Below are positions 24,215 through 33,401 of a stretch of DNA of 56,613 nt, in pieces. Position 1 is the stretch's first letter. Each line of letters begins with the position of its first letter. The position numbers and the translations under genes were made by a program. A model generated the notes under the pieces. That model had not been told where the DNA came from. It searched no databases and was given only the letters and a program-made list of their open reading frames with translations. This DNA comes from a virus (Duplodnaviria > Caudoviricetes): positions 1 through 56,613 of IMG/VR virus record IMGVR_UViG_3300023106_000013; one strand, given 5' to 3'.

Positions 24215-24435
24215 TCGTCTAGCTCCAGTCCAATAGCTTTTGCGTCGGCACGAATTGACTCCTCATAGATGGAAAGAAGGTGGTCAACGTCCTCAGAATT
24301 TAGTAGAATGTCGTCATTGTTAAGCTTCAGGTAGCCGTTTAAGCGTGGCACTTTCTCTGTATTCGACCGCATCCGCTTAAAGCGTTCATATCGGGCATTT
24401 ATCATCAGAGCGCCGTCTAAGTCCTTGATATTCAT
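24211..24435 (-). CDS. Hypothetical protein
   Basis: MNIKDLDG..., ATGA coupling. Confidence 0.5.
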   Translation of the reverse strand: MNIKDLDGALMINARYERFKRMRSNTEKVPRLNGYLKLNNDDILLNSEDVDHLLSIYEESIRADAKAIGLELDE

Positions 24436-24523
24436 TCCCAAGCCCCTTCCTTCATATTCCAAATAAACGGTATAAGTACCAACACTAGGATAAAACACAG
24501 ACAGAGGCCGAATGTGGGGAGGG

Positions 24524-24829
24524 TCATTCTGCGTCCTCTGTGCCCACATCAGCGACAAGTTCTACCTCGTCTGGCGTCGTCCAGAACTTGTGCTCTCCCG
24601 GTCGGGTAGATGTCCAGAACACCTGATAGTCTTTGGCGGGAACCGACCGGTCTCGGACTTCGACAACGGTAGCGACGGTTCCAGCATTCCATGCCCATTC
24701 CTTCGCATCCAAGAAGCGGACCTTCTGACCAACACGCCAGAAGTCAGGCAAAGGCCTTTCATCGAAAGCCTCCTTTCTAAGCCTAGCGGCCTTTGCCTCA
24801 AGCTCCATAGCTTCAGCCAACTTGCTCAT
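24524..24829 (-). CDS. Hypothetical protein (SH3-like)
   Basis: WRVGQKVRF...GTVATVVEV; RBS ggaggag. Confidence 0.55.
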   Translation of the reverse strand: MSKLAEAMELEAKAARLRKEAFDERPLPDFWRVGQKVRFLDAKEWAWNAGTVATVVEVRDRSVPAKDYQVFWTSTRPGEHKFWTTPDEVELVADVGTEDAE

Positions 24830-25133
24830 TCGTATTCTCCTCCATGTTCGGAACCTGATCGGCAATGCGCTTGAACATTGCTACGTCCTCGGATTGTGTC
24901 TTGGTAACGAGGGGACGGAAGCGAGACAGTGAATACCCTCTTTCATGAGGCCGATCCGCCAAACCAACCAATCTCACTGTTGTGAGGCCCAAAGTCTCGC
25001 CAACCCATCGAATGGTATAAATCGCCTTATCTTCAAGGGCGAAATCACCCACTACGATTCCTGGCAAATGATTAAAGGTTCTGGGGTCAGCATCAACGCA
25101 AACTACCTTCATCCCAACCTTAGCCCATGTCAT
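24813..25133 (-). CDS. Hypothetical protein (SH3-like)
   Basis: KVGMKVVCVDA...IYTIRWV...SRFRPL. Confidence 0.6.
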   Translation of the reverse strand: MTWAKVGMKVVCVDADPRTFNHLPGIVVGDFALEDKAIYTIRWVGETLGLTTVRLVGLADRPHERGYSLSRFRPLVTKTQSEDVAMFKRIADQVPNMEENTNEQVG

Positions 25134-25291
25134 TTTGAGGCCTCCCGACGTTTCCATGCTTTCCACCCTACCACCTCATTATTGGTTCGGATGAGATGTT
25201 GCAACAGGTTCGTAGTGGTGCGCCCTTGGGCCGTTGCCATCTCTTTCACCAAGTCGTATGTTTCTTGATCAATCGTAAGCGAAGTGCGCAT
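25130..25291 (-). CDS. Ribbon-helix-helix regulator
   Basis: MRTSLTIDQETYDLVKEMATAQGRTTTNLLQHLI. Confidence 0.7.
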   Translation of the reverse strand: MRTSLTIDQETYDLVKEMATAQGRTTTNLLQHLIRTNNEVVGWKAWKRREASK

Positions 25292-25314
25292 ATTCCTGCC
25301 TTCTCGCGTTTCTG

Positions 25315-25400
25315 ATAGACCAAAACTACATCGGATAAAAACATCGGTCAAGGTGCATATTGGTGCTTGACGGTGTATATTCATTCTGTCACTCTTAACC
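25315..25400. promoter_or_regulatory. Divergent early promoter region
   Basis: Leftward TTGACC-N16-TAGTTT overlapping ACATCGG direct repeats; rightward TTGACG-N17-CACTCT; gene orientation switches here. Confidence 0.55.
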
Positions 25401-25445
25401 TACGAACAGAGCAGCGGCTCTTGGTGGAGAGTTAAGGAGATAGAG

Positions 25446-25589
25446 ATGATCGAGTTTTCAGTTTTCGTTGGAGAGAAGAAGATGGCAACGATATTCGCGT
25501 CTGGCACTCTTGAGGCTATCGACGCTTACCGTTTGCAGTCTGGGTGCGCAAAGCGAGACGTGTGGGCTATGCAATCTAAGGTGCTGTGA
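25446..25589 (+). CDS. Small early protein (47 aa)
   Basis: Strong RBS taaggag; MIEFSVFVGEKKMATIF... Confidence 0.5.
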   Translation: MIEFSVFVGEKKMATIFASGTLEAIDAYRLQSGCAKRDVWAMQSKVL

Positions 25590-25590
25590 A

Positions 25591-25833
25591 ATGAACGTCC
25601 GTATCAGTTCCATCGTCGGCAGCGGAGACTTCGAGCCGCGCCTGATTATCGATATCCCAGAGGTTCGATTGGTTCATGACCTAACCCTCGAAAGCGTAAG
25701 AGATGCCGCATTCATCCTCAATGAGGAGTATTGGTACCCCTACATGATTGCATGCGACGCCATTAAGACAGCTATCCGAGACAGTAAGTACACTGTCCCT
25801 GCTGACACTCTAGAATGGGCGAATGAGGTTTAA
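25591..25833 (+). CDS. Hypothetical early protein
   Basis: MNVRISS... ORF in operon. Confidence 0.5.
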   Translation: MNVRISSIVGSGDFEPRLIIDIPEVRLVHDLTLESVRDAAFILNEEYWYPYMIACDAIKTAIRDSKYTVPADTLEWANEV

Positions 25834-26065
25834 GATGGAATACATGGAGGCGAAGATGCAGGATCAGTACGAGGGCGCTGAAATCGAAAGGCAGTCGATC
25901 TGGGATGCGGCAAGGGCGGTCGCTAAGGATCAGATCGGTGAATCTGCCATGTCGGGGATGCCGAAGGACTTTCCTAGCATGAACCCACACGTGAGTGGAA
26001 CTTGGATGCACGAAGAATGGGAATCGGCTCATGAGCATTACATCATGACCGGGCTTGGGTATTGA
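25823..26065 (+). CDS. Hypothetical early protein
   Basis: 80 aa acidic ORF. Confidence 0.5.
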   Translation: MRFKMEYMEAKMQDQYEGAEIERQSIWDAARAVAKDQIGESAMSGMPKDFPSMNPHVSGTWMHEEWESAHEHYIMTGLGY

Positions 26066-26248
26066 GGAATAAGAAATGACCTTCCCACCCCGTCCATACC
26101 GATCAGATCGTGCCGCCCGCATCTCGTATGCACTCCATCACCGTACACTAGAGATAGCCATAGGAGTGTTGGTGTTGACTGCGGCTCTAGGGCTGTGGTT
26201 GGGAGGGGATTACTCACCGATTGAAATGTTGAAGGCAAAGGGAGGATT

Positions 26249-26641
26249 GTGATGGACGACGCAAAGAAGGCGCTTGAGGCTGAGTTTCAGTTGCTCAATG
26301 ACGAGGTTGAAGCGGCGATTAAGAAGCGCAAGGAGTGGATTGCCGCGCACCTAGAGGATTTCTCCAAGTTCAAACCGGGTGACGAAATCTGGGACGGTCG
26401 CTCTGGCCGGAAACTAGGTGTATGTGAAAGCCTTTATCATGCCACATGGGGTCGATCTGGAGAAGTCGCACGTGAAAGCATGGGTGTCTATGCGCAATAT
26501 CGCAGCCAGAACGGCTTCATGGATAATACGTCTCGGCAGATGGATATCTGGCCGTGCACCAAAGCGGAGGCCGAAAGCTACGCTGAAAGCCGACTTCGCA
26601 GCATCAAAGCCGGATATGGCTATGGGCTTTTGGGCTCATAA
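26249..26641 (+). CDS. Hypothetical early protein
   Basis: RBS ggagga; coiled coil followed by FKPGDEI motif. Confidence 0.6.
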   Translation: MMDDAKKALEAEFQLLNDEVEAAIKKRKEWIAAHLEDFSKFKPGDEIWDGRSGRKLGVCESLYHATWGRSGEVARESMGVYAQYRSQNGFMDNTSRQMDIWPCTKAEAESYAESRLRSIKAGYGYGLLGS

Positions 26642-26800
26642 TCAGCTTGCGAAACACCTAGCTTCGTGAGCAAATAATAGCAGGCCCCAAGCGCTCTTCA
26701 CACGCTCAGGGCCAATACCAGCGGGCTTTGACGGGCGCTGACGGGACAGAACCTAATTCATCCCCAGCAATCCTTCAAGCCCTCCAGAGAGGACTGAGGA

Positions 26801-26998
26801 ATGACACCCATCGATACAAACAGACTACGTGATATGGCGCTGCGTCAGAAGCTGGAGGGGATTGCCTGGGGCATTCAGCTTTACAACACGCAATACCAAG
26901 CCATCCCAAGCTATCCCAACTGCGAGGAACAGAAAGAAATGTACCTCCGGTTTTTGGCTGACGAATGCAAGAAGATGCAGGATTTGCTAAATGCATGA
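26801..26998 (+). CDS. Hypothetical early protein
   Basis: RBS gagga; overlaps exonuclease start. Confidence 0.5.
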   Translation: MTPIDTNRLRDMALRQKLEGIAWGIQLYNTQYQAIPSYPNCEEQKEMYLRFLADECKKMQDLLNA

Positions 26999-27677
26999 GC
27001 TATTTTTGGACGTTGAGAGCCTTCCCGCCAATGACCCCGCCCTGATAGCCGAAATCTCGAAAGACATTAAGCCTCCGGGTAATATCTCCAAGCAGGAAAC
27101 ATTGGACGCTTGGGATAAGGATAAGCGCCCCGCATTGGTTGAGGAGGCCGTAGCGAAGACCTCCTTCGACGGCGCTAAGGGGCGTCTGTGCTGCGTAGGA
27201 TGGGCTTGGGGCGACGGCCCCACTAACTCAATTCTTCTGAGCGATAGCCGAGACGAAAAGACATTCCTTGCCGCCGCTCTAGAGCAGATCACTATGTCTA
27301 AGCCGAAGGTAGACGCATATTACCAAACTCGGATTATCGGCCACTATGTTGCGGAATTTGACATTCGCTTCATCTGGCAACGGGCATTCGTTCTTGGCGT
27401 AAAGGTTCCGGTATGGATGCCGAGAGCGCCGCGCCCTTGGGATAAAGAGGTCTTTGACACGATGTCCCAATTCGCGGGCGCTAAGGGCTCTATTAGCCTC
27501 GACAACCTATGCAAGGCGCTTGGCGTTGAGGGCAAGACCGGCATCGACGGTTCGATGGTATCTGGCATGTGGGAGCGGGGCGAATACGAGGCTGTAGGCT
27601 CTTATTGTGAGGACGATATTAAACGCGTTCGGAATGTCTATCGTAAAATGCAGATCGCGTATGGAGAGCGGGAATGA
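26991..27677 (+). CDS. DEDD 3'-5' exonuclease (PolB/DnaQ-like)
   Basis: LFLDVES (ExoI), GHYVAEFDIRFI (ExoII), YCEDDI (ExoIII). Confidence 0.85.
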   Translation: MHELFLDVESLPANDPALIAEISKDIKPPGNISKQETLDAWDKDKRPALVEEAVAKTSFDGAKGRLCCVGWAWGDGPTNSILLSDSRDEKTFLAAALEQITMSKPKVDAYYQTRIIGHYVAEFDIRFIWQRAFVLGVKVPVWMPRAPRPWDKEVFDTMSQFAGAKGSISLDNLCKALGVEGKTGIDGSMVSGMWERGEYEAVGSYCEDDIKRVRNVYRKMQIAYGERE

Positions 27678-28312
27678 GTAAGCTAGACCCACGCATCGAA
27701 GCCATTCGCGTCAAGTATGGCCTTGAGGCTTCCGACTTCTGGGAACTTCCTCAAAAGAAGGGGACATGGATTGCCAAGCACTCGGCTTTGGAGATCGTGG
27801 CTACCAAGGCCAATATCGTCTGGACCAAGCTGGAGATCATCGAAGCAGACACTACCAACGGCATTGCTGTGATGGCCGTTGGCGGTAAGCTTAGCGACCG
27901 TGAGGAATGGGCAACGGGCGAAGCGAGCCCGAAGAACAACAAGAATGCGTACCCTTGGGCTATGGCGGAGAAGCGGGCTAAGGACCGTGTGGTTTTGAAG
28001 CTCAGCGGAATTGCAGGGCTAGTCTATTCCGAGGACGAGGCAGACGACTTCAAACAGTCCGAGCCTACCCCCTCCAAAGCCCCTACAAGACCCGTAGAGA
28101 GCCCCAAGACCTTCAATGCGTATCTCACCAGCATTTCATCGGCAAAGACGCAGGATGACCTCAAGAATGCATGGAACGCCATCAATGCGGATCGGCAGAA
28201 AATCTCAGTTGGCGATATGGGAAATCTGGAGTTGGCGAAGAACGCGAAGAAGGCAGAATTGATTGCGCCGGGGAATAACTTTGACGCGATACAAAGCGGA
28301 TCAGTGAAATGA
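27674..28312 (+). CDS. Putative ssDNA-annealing/recombination protein
   Basis: GEASPKNNKNAYPWAMAEKRAKDRVVLKL...VYSEDEADDF; coupled to exonuclease. Confidence 0.6.
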   Translation: MSKLDPRIEAIRVKYGLEASDFWELPQKKGTWIAKHSALEIVATKANIVWTKLEIIEADTTNGIAVMAVGGKLSDREEWATGEASPKNNKNAYPWAMAEKRAKDRVVLKLSGIAGLVYSEDEADDFKQSEPTPSKAPTRPVESPKTFNAYLTSISSAKTQDDLKNAWNAINADRQKISVGDMGNLELAKNAKKAELIAPGNNFDAIQSGSVK

Positions 28313-28509
28313 ACACCCTTGCAGACCGTGTTTATTTCGAAGACGCAATTGAGGCTCTAGAGCAGTGCGTGACAGACATTGAACTAGGTGAATGGTCCGA
28401 TATCTGGACCTCGACGGAGGCGTATATGCATCTTCCCGATGATCTATCGAAACGTCTGGAGGCCGCTTATAGCAAGCGGGTGGCTCATGTTTTGGGAGGA
28501 TTGGCGTGA
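28309..28509 (+). CDS. Hypothetical protein
   Basis: 66 aa, ATGA coupling. Confidence 0.45.
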   Translation: MNTLADRVYFEDAIEALEQCVTDIELGEWSDIWTSTEAYMHLPDDLSKRLEAAYSKRVAHVLGGLA

Positions 28510-28657
28510 TGGCGTATCTCGCAAGTTTGTGCTGGCTCGCTCTAAGCGTCATGGCGGCGCTTCAAAACAAGGATGAGCTATCGAACTTCTCTATCGCAAC
28601 GAGCATGTTCTTCCTCGGTGTCGCAATGATCATTAGCGCCATCAATAGGCGGAAGAC

Positions 28658-29095
28658 ATGACAGACCGCGTTGTCGAGACAGAACAAGACCGGGCGATGC
28701 TGGTCAAGTTCATTGGAATGCAGGCGCTCCCGTTCACCGCGTCCATCACCAAGGGCAAGCACCGGACCGACAAACAAAATCGGCTCCAGCGCACTTGGAT
28801 CAATGAGCTTGCAGCCCAGCTAACGGATAACCCTGCCGAGTACTGGCGCGGGTATTGTAAGCTTCATTTCGGTGTGCCGATCCTACGCAATGAGAATGAG
28901 CATTTCTGCGCGGTTTATGACCGGCTCATTCGCCCGTTGGATTACGAGGCCAAGATTGAAATGATGATGGTGCCGATTGATGTGGCAGTTACCAGGATCA
29001 TGACCACAAAGCAAAAGACCGCGTATCTTGATGCGATCTACAAGCAGTTTACGGGGCTAGGGATTGTCCTGACAGACCCGAACGGATGGAATTGA
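28658..29095 (+). CDS. NinB-like protein
   Basis: RTDKQNRLQRTWINELA...YCKLHFGVPIL...VTRIMTTKQ. Confidence 0.65.
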   Translation: MTDRVVETEQDRAMLVKFIGMQALPFTASITKGKHRTDKQNRLQRTWINELAAQLTDNPAEYWRGYCKLHFGVPILRNENEHFCAVYDRLIRPLDYEAKIEMMMVPIDVAVTRIMTTKQKTAYLDAIYKQFTGLGIVLTDPNGWN

Positions 29096-29511
29096 TGATC
29101 CGCTCCAAGAAAATCCTTCGCCATGCTCGTGGTCAACCTTGCCTCTTGGCCTTACCAGGATGCACATGCGACCCCGAAACCACAGTGTTCGCTCATCTAA
29201 ACGGCGGGGCTTTCGGAAAGGGCATGGGGCAGAAGGCTTCGGACATAGCAGGAATGTTCGCCGGATTTCAGTGCCATTCGCGTTATGACCTCTGCCAGAC
29301 CGGGCTACCCGAGGCAGAGCTAAATGCCGCACTCCTCAAAGCCGTCATAGACACATGGGAAATCCTCATTCGCGATGGCATTATCATAGTCCCAGTGGAT
29401 GCCGAAACGCCGCCATTGGACCGCCCTATAAAGCCGCGCAAGGCCAAGGCGGATAGGTCAAAGATTGCGGGTAGAGGGTTTCCGAAGGTATCGCGTAAAT
29501 TTGGAAGTTGA
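29086..29511 (+). CDS. DUF1364/YbcO-like nuclease-domain protein
   Basis: IRSKKILRHARGQPC...ETTVFAHLN...GKGMGQKASD...CHSRYD. Confidence 0.75.
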   Translation: MELMIRSKKILRHARGQPCLLALPGCTCDPETTVFAHLNGGAFGKGMGQKASDIAGMFAGFQCHSRYDLCQTGLPEAELNAALLKAVIDTWEILIRDGIIIVPVDAETPPLDRPIKPRKAKADRSKIAGRGFPKVSRKFGS

Positions 29512-29563
29512 CTAGCCCGGCAATGTCTGGCACTAATTAGCCACCAACCGGAGGGACTAACCA

Positions 29564-29719
29564 ATGATTTCGAAGAGTGACGCTAGGTTGGATATTCGCC
29601 TCCCCAGCGAGCTACGGCGTGATCTAGAGCTTGAGGCCGAGAGAGTTAGCAGAACTAAGGCTAATATCGTCATAATCGCCCTCAGAGCATACTTTAATAA
29701 GAAGGAGCAGGCAGAATGA
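29564..29719 (+). CDS. Ribbon-helix-helix (Arc-like) regulator (51 aa), absent from ORF track
   Basis: ARLDIRLPSELRRDLELEAERVSRTKANIVIIALRAYF; RBS ggaggg. Confidence 0.7.
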   Translation: MISKSDARLDIRLPSELRRDLELEAERVSRTKANIVIIALRAYFNKKEQAE

Positions 29720-30090
29720 CCGCACGTAAGCCGAATCTCAAACTGATCAACGAAGCCATGTCCACAAGCGAGCTTCCCGCAACGCGCCCTCTGTATCAGG
29801 AGAGCAATCTTCAGCGCGTAACGTGGTTGCGACAGATTCAGGACGCCAATGACGAGAAGGGGCTGATTGAGGAGCAGAAGGAATCTCTCCTTCGGAAATA
29901 TGATTTCATGCGGGACGAAGCGCAGCGCATTTATGACGCCCGCATTTCAATCGCACGGGAAGCTCAGGACCGCGAAGTTTCGGACGCCGACAAGATCATG
30001 AAGGCTGGCATTCAGGCCCTAGACCAGCGTCATGCTGATCTGAACAAGGTAGTTTCCGGGCTAACAGCGGCTGTAGGAGCGAGCGAATGA
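29716..30090 (+). CDS. Coiled-coil hypothetical protein
   Basis: 124 aa, ATGA coupling. Confidence 0.6.
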   Translation: MTARKPNLKLINEAMSTSELPATRPLYQESNLQRVTWLRQIQDANDEKGLIEEQKESLLRKYDFMRDEAQRIYDARISIAREAQDREVSDADKIMKAGIQALDQRHADLNKVVSGLTAAVGASE

Positions 30091-30133
30091 CCAAGGATGA
30101 ACTGTCTGAGGGTATTAGATTGGTGGTGGGGAA

Positions 30134-30349
30134 ATGACGCCAAAAGGATTAATGACCTTAGGTTCAGTGGTGTATATCTGCGCAGCGATAGGGGCGGCTT
30201 TGGGCGCTATGTATATAGTTCTCGGCCTTGTGCTATTTGGTGGTCTACTTTTTGGGAAAGGCTATGGGATTTGGGAGGAACGCTCTCGGAAGCCCAAGAC
30301 ACAGGGGCCGCCAGACGCATGGTTTTATTACAAGGAGGACGGCGAATGA
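30134..30349 (+). CDS. Small membrane protein
   Basis: Long hydrophobic N-terminal stretch. Confidence 0.5.
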   Translation: MTPKGLMTLGSVVYICAAIGAALGAMYIVLGLVLFGGLLFGKGYGIWEERSRKPKTQGPPDAWFYYKEDGE

Positions 30350-30455
30350 GCTTTAACTATTGGACATTCCGCAATACCACACCCTATCAGAACCCACGGC
30401 GCAGAATCGTGGATGTATCGCGTAGGAACTACGAGGCTCAGAGAAAGGCAGAGAA

Positions 30456-30668
30456 ATGAGTGACATTCCTAATGAGGAAGAGACGACGAAAATTCATGTC
30501 GAGTTTCAAGTGGGCAATTATGATGTTGTTGAAGGGGTATCTAAACTTAACCCCATTCAGGTGGTTGATGGTGTGCTGCTCTTGACCAATCCTCGCGGCC
30601 TAACCATAGCAGCTTACGCACCTGGAGTATGGGCTTCGGCCTCACCATTTGAAGGGGAAAAGAAGTGA
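30456..30668 (+). CDS. Hypothetical protein
   Basis: 70 aa; IAAYAPGVW motif. Confidence 0.55.
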   Translation: MSDIPNEEETTKIHVEFQVGNYDVVEGVSKLNPIQVVDGVLLLTNPRGLTIAAYAPGVWASASPFEGEKK

Positions 30669-30943
30669 GCATTATCAGTGATGCTCTACGAACCGAAATC
30701 CTCTACCTCGACGGCAACCCTGATTACATCGTCCCTGCGAGCACATTTTTCTTTCTGAAGGAAGCGGCTGAGGAGATAGAGGCTCATGAGATTATGCGCA
30801 AACGCTTGGTCGATGTAGCGGAGAGCTATCGCATGCTAATCCTCAGCGACTACGAGGGCCGTAACGGCATCAACAGTTCGATGAAAGAAGAATACGATCT
30901 TGTCTTGAAGACAATCGCAGAAGCGACGGGGGTTCCATATTGA
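30665..30943 (+). CDS. Hypothetical protein
   Basis: 92 aa, GTGA coupling; EAAEEIE motif. Confidence 0.55.
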   Translation: MSIISDALRTEILYLDGNPDYIVPASTFFFLKEAAEEIEAHEIMRKRLVDVAESYRMLILSDYEGRNGINSSMKEEYDLVLKTIAEATGVPY

Positions 30944-31220
30944 TGACCCCATCCACCACCATCGCTCTCCTAGCCGCTTTATACCATTACAAGGATATCA
31001 ATGATGACGACGAAGTAAGTGAAGCTGAAGAAGCTATCGAGATGGAAAGCGAAGAAGCCATACAGCGACCGGCTGACGATAATGTACTGGCGCTATAGCC
31101 ATCAGGTTTACGGCAACGTCAATTCCATTGGGCAATGGTAGCCATGAACCGGAACGATTGGGCGAAGATATGGGGAACGGCGATCATAATGGTAGTGGCG
31201 CTGGTGATGATTGCAGCGTT

Positions 31221-31270
31221 CTAGAAAATGCGGCTGAAGAGCTTGCTGACGAACATCAGGATAGGCTCTA
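31221..31270 (-). pseudogene. Displaced original 3' end of the membrane-protein gene 31885..32397
   Basis: Reads LEPILMFVSKLFSRIF* versus VEPILIAIGRLFSRIF* at the end of the intact gene. Confidence 0.75.
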
Positions 31271-31851
31271 GAGGTCATCTTCTACGTGCTTCCACGATTT
31301 TCCTAATTTGATGAGGGAGATTGGGGTTAGCGTTACGTCATATATCGCTGCTATCTCCCTCAACTTCCAACCCTGTCGAAGCATAAACTTAATATGCCGC
31401 ACGTCCTCTTCAGTTAATTTGGAATACGGGTTCGTTGATCCTTTCAAGCTGCGCCCGTGAGCAATTTATCGCCTCCGTTCTCAAGTGGAGTGGCCCAATA
31501 TAAGTGCTTCCAATTGTAGCAAGAAGTGTGACCCATACCGCATGAATGCGCGGCCTGATGGGAAGGGGTGGGCGGAGGCCCGCGCTTTATTTCGCAGATT
31601 ATTCGTGGCAAGGACTGTGTCGATCCCTCGCTCAATTCATAAACGGCGTAGCCACCTCCGTTTTTTGCGTAAGGCCATAGAACGCACTCATCAGTGTATT
31701 CAAGCAAAGATAGCAAAACTTCTCTAGGCGCTTTGGTCTTGCCGTGACCTGTCTCCATATCTCGGCCATCTCTTGCCCGCATATAGTGCGACGGGCATAG
31801 TCCCTTTGCCCTAACTTTTCTGCCGCAATCCGGCACTGTGCAAATTGACAA
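31268..31851 (-). pseudogene. HNH homing endonuclease with a single frameshift
   Basis: Zn-finger plus HNH (AAHSC...CYNWKHLYWAT..EN) stops at 31444; HTH tail KGSTNPYSKLTEEDVRHIK...WKHVEDDL* continues in a shifted frame from ~31460. Confidence 0.8.
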
Positions 31852-31884
31852 TTTGTATCTCGCTTTTTATAGGCCTAATAGCCC

Positions 31885-32397
31885 TTAGAATATACGAGAA
31901 AACAACCTTCCGATAGCTATTAAAATGGGTTCGACCATTTTTGAACTCGCGATAAGAGCGCCGATGATGATACCCACAATCATCTGCCCCCAACGGCTTC
32001 TACGCCCCTCTACTGCGGGCGTAGTTGCTCCTCTGGAAAACAACCACAACCCAACGAACTGCAAAAACACCATCGCAGAGTAAACGTGCGTATCAGTCAG
32101 CCACTCTGCGGCGGTTACGTTCCTTGTCATTATCCCATATGTCCGCATGAGGATAACAGATAGGAATACGGCAAAGAGGCCCATGAGCCCCAAAGATGCG
32201 CGGTCACGCTGCCCAGACCAGAAGGCCCCCCAAGTCTCCCCAGCGATCATCCAGAATGCCGAGATGGCGAAGACGAGCATCAGGAGGCTTACGAGGTCTA
32301 GCATCCGGTCATGAGAGATGAATATAGCAGGGAAGATATAGGCAGCGCACAAGATCAAGAAGGCGGCGAGATTGCGGACTTTGGAGTTTTCAGTCAC
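31885..32397 (-). CDS. Multi-pass membrane protein (lysis region)
   Basis: About 5 hydrophobic helices. Confidence 0.65.
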   Translation of the reverse strand: MTENSKVRNLAAFLILCAAYIFPAIFISHDRMLDLVSLLMLVFAISAFWMIAGETWGAFWSGQRDRASLGLMGLFAVFLSVILMRTYGIMTRNVTAAEWLTDTHVYSAMVFLQFVGLWLFSRGATTPAVEGRRSRWGQMIVGIIIGALIASSKMVEPILIAIGRLFSRIF

Positions 32398-32596
32398 GTC
32401 GCCTGCCCTCATCAATCTTCAAAAACATGTCGTTAAGCATGTCGCTGACTGGATGTTCCAAAGCGCGTTCTGATAGGCGCTCAGTAAGTCTAGTTCTCTT
32501 GCGGTCATTTTTTATCACAGCTTCAGCAAGTTCGCCACGGGCAAGACGCGCTTGCTCATCCAGCATCTTATCGCGCTGCCATGGAAATCGGATCAT
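32390..32596 (-). CDS. Small coiled-coil protein (lysis region)
   Basis: MIRFPWQRDKML...; TAATG coupling. Confidence 0.55.
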   Translation of the reverse strand: MIRFPWQRDKMLDEQARLARGELAEAVIKNDRKRTRLTERLSERALEHPVSDMLNDMFLKIDEGRRRD

Positions 32597-32877
32597 TATT
32601 GACCCCTGCTCTGCTGCGCTCGTGCTACGATGACCCATTCTTTAAGAAGTGCTGTTTGCTCCGACATACGCTGTTCTGTGTTCTCTAGTTTGTCCGTGGA
32701 CTTCGACACAGCTTCTAGCGCTATCTTGGTATCGTTGATCTGCTCTTTACGAATCACGTCTTTGTCCGCGTAGAGCTTTATGATGTGGCGGACGCAGAAC
32801 ATGAGAGCCAGCGTCAGAAGCGCCGCCACGCCCCACGGGCCAGCCTCATAAGCGGTTTGGATAGATACCGCGTCCAC
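32596..32877 (-). CDS. Single-TM coiled-coil protein (holin/antiholin-like)
   Basis: GPWGVAALLTLALMFCV followed by coiled coil. Confidence 0.55.
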   Translation of the reverse strand: MDAVSIQTAYEAGPWGVAALLTLALMFCVRHIIKLYADKDVIRKEQINDTKIALEAVSKSTDKLENTEQRMSEQTALLKEWVIVARAQQSRGQ

Positions 32878-32880
32878 AGC

Positions 32881-33030
32881 CTATAGGTGTCCGGTCAAAA
32901 CCAAAATGAGCAAGATAAGAAGCAGTGCGCCGACAAGACCAGATGGCCCGTAGCCCCAAGACGCACCGTTGAACACGGAGAGGATAAGGCCAACGAGCAG
33001 GATGATGATTAGGATGGTTACGATGCTCAT
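32881..33030 (-). CDS. DUF3309-like small membrane protein (49 aa)
   Basis: MSIVTILIIILLVGLILSVFNGASWGYGPSGLVGALLLILLILVLTGHL*. Confidence 0.7.
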   Translation of the reverse strand: MSIVTILIIILLVGLILSVFNGASWGYGPSGLVGALLLILLILVLTGHL

Positions 33031-33032
33031 GG

Positions 33033-33401
33033 CTATTTTCCTGTCAGGATTTCAATGAGGCTCTTGCGGCTGGAAACGTGCTGCACGGCTTCCTTAACCT
33101 CTTTCTCCTTCGCGGGGGCCAGCGTATTGGTTACGAGCTTGCCATTTTCCTCCACTACTGCCTGAGGCTTCACGGTGGCGCGGAACGAGATAATTTGCGA
33201 CCAGACAAGCACCAGGAACGGGATGAGCGAACCAAGCGTGATATCCTGCCAGTTCCCCTCTACAAGCCCGCCTATGAGGCTCTGTTGCGAGGGTGTAAGG
33301 TTGGTGTAGAACCATAGCAGCCCGCCCACAAACGTTCCAATCCAACCGCCGTAATCCAAGACGCGACGGATGGCCCACTGCACGGCGACATTGTTAAGCA
33401 T
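33033..33401 (-). CDS. Putative holin
   Basis: Two TM segments, charged C-tail, coupled to endolysin. Confidence 0.55.
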   Translation of the reverse strand: MLNNVAVQWAIRRVLDYGGWIGTFVGGLLWFYTNLTPSQQSLIGGLVEGNWQDITLGSLIPFLVLVWSQIISFRATVKPQAVVEENGKLVTNTLAPAKEKEVKEAVQHVSSRKSLIEILTGK

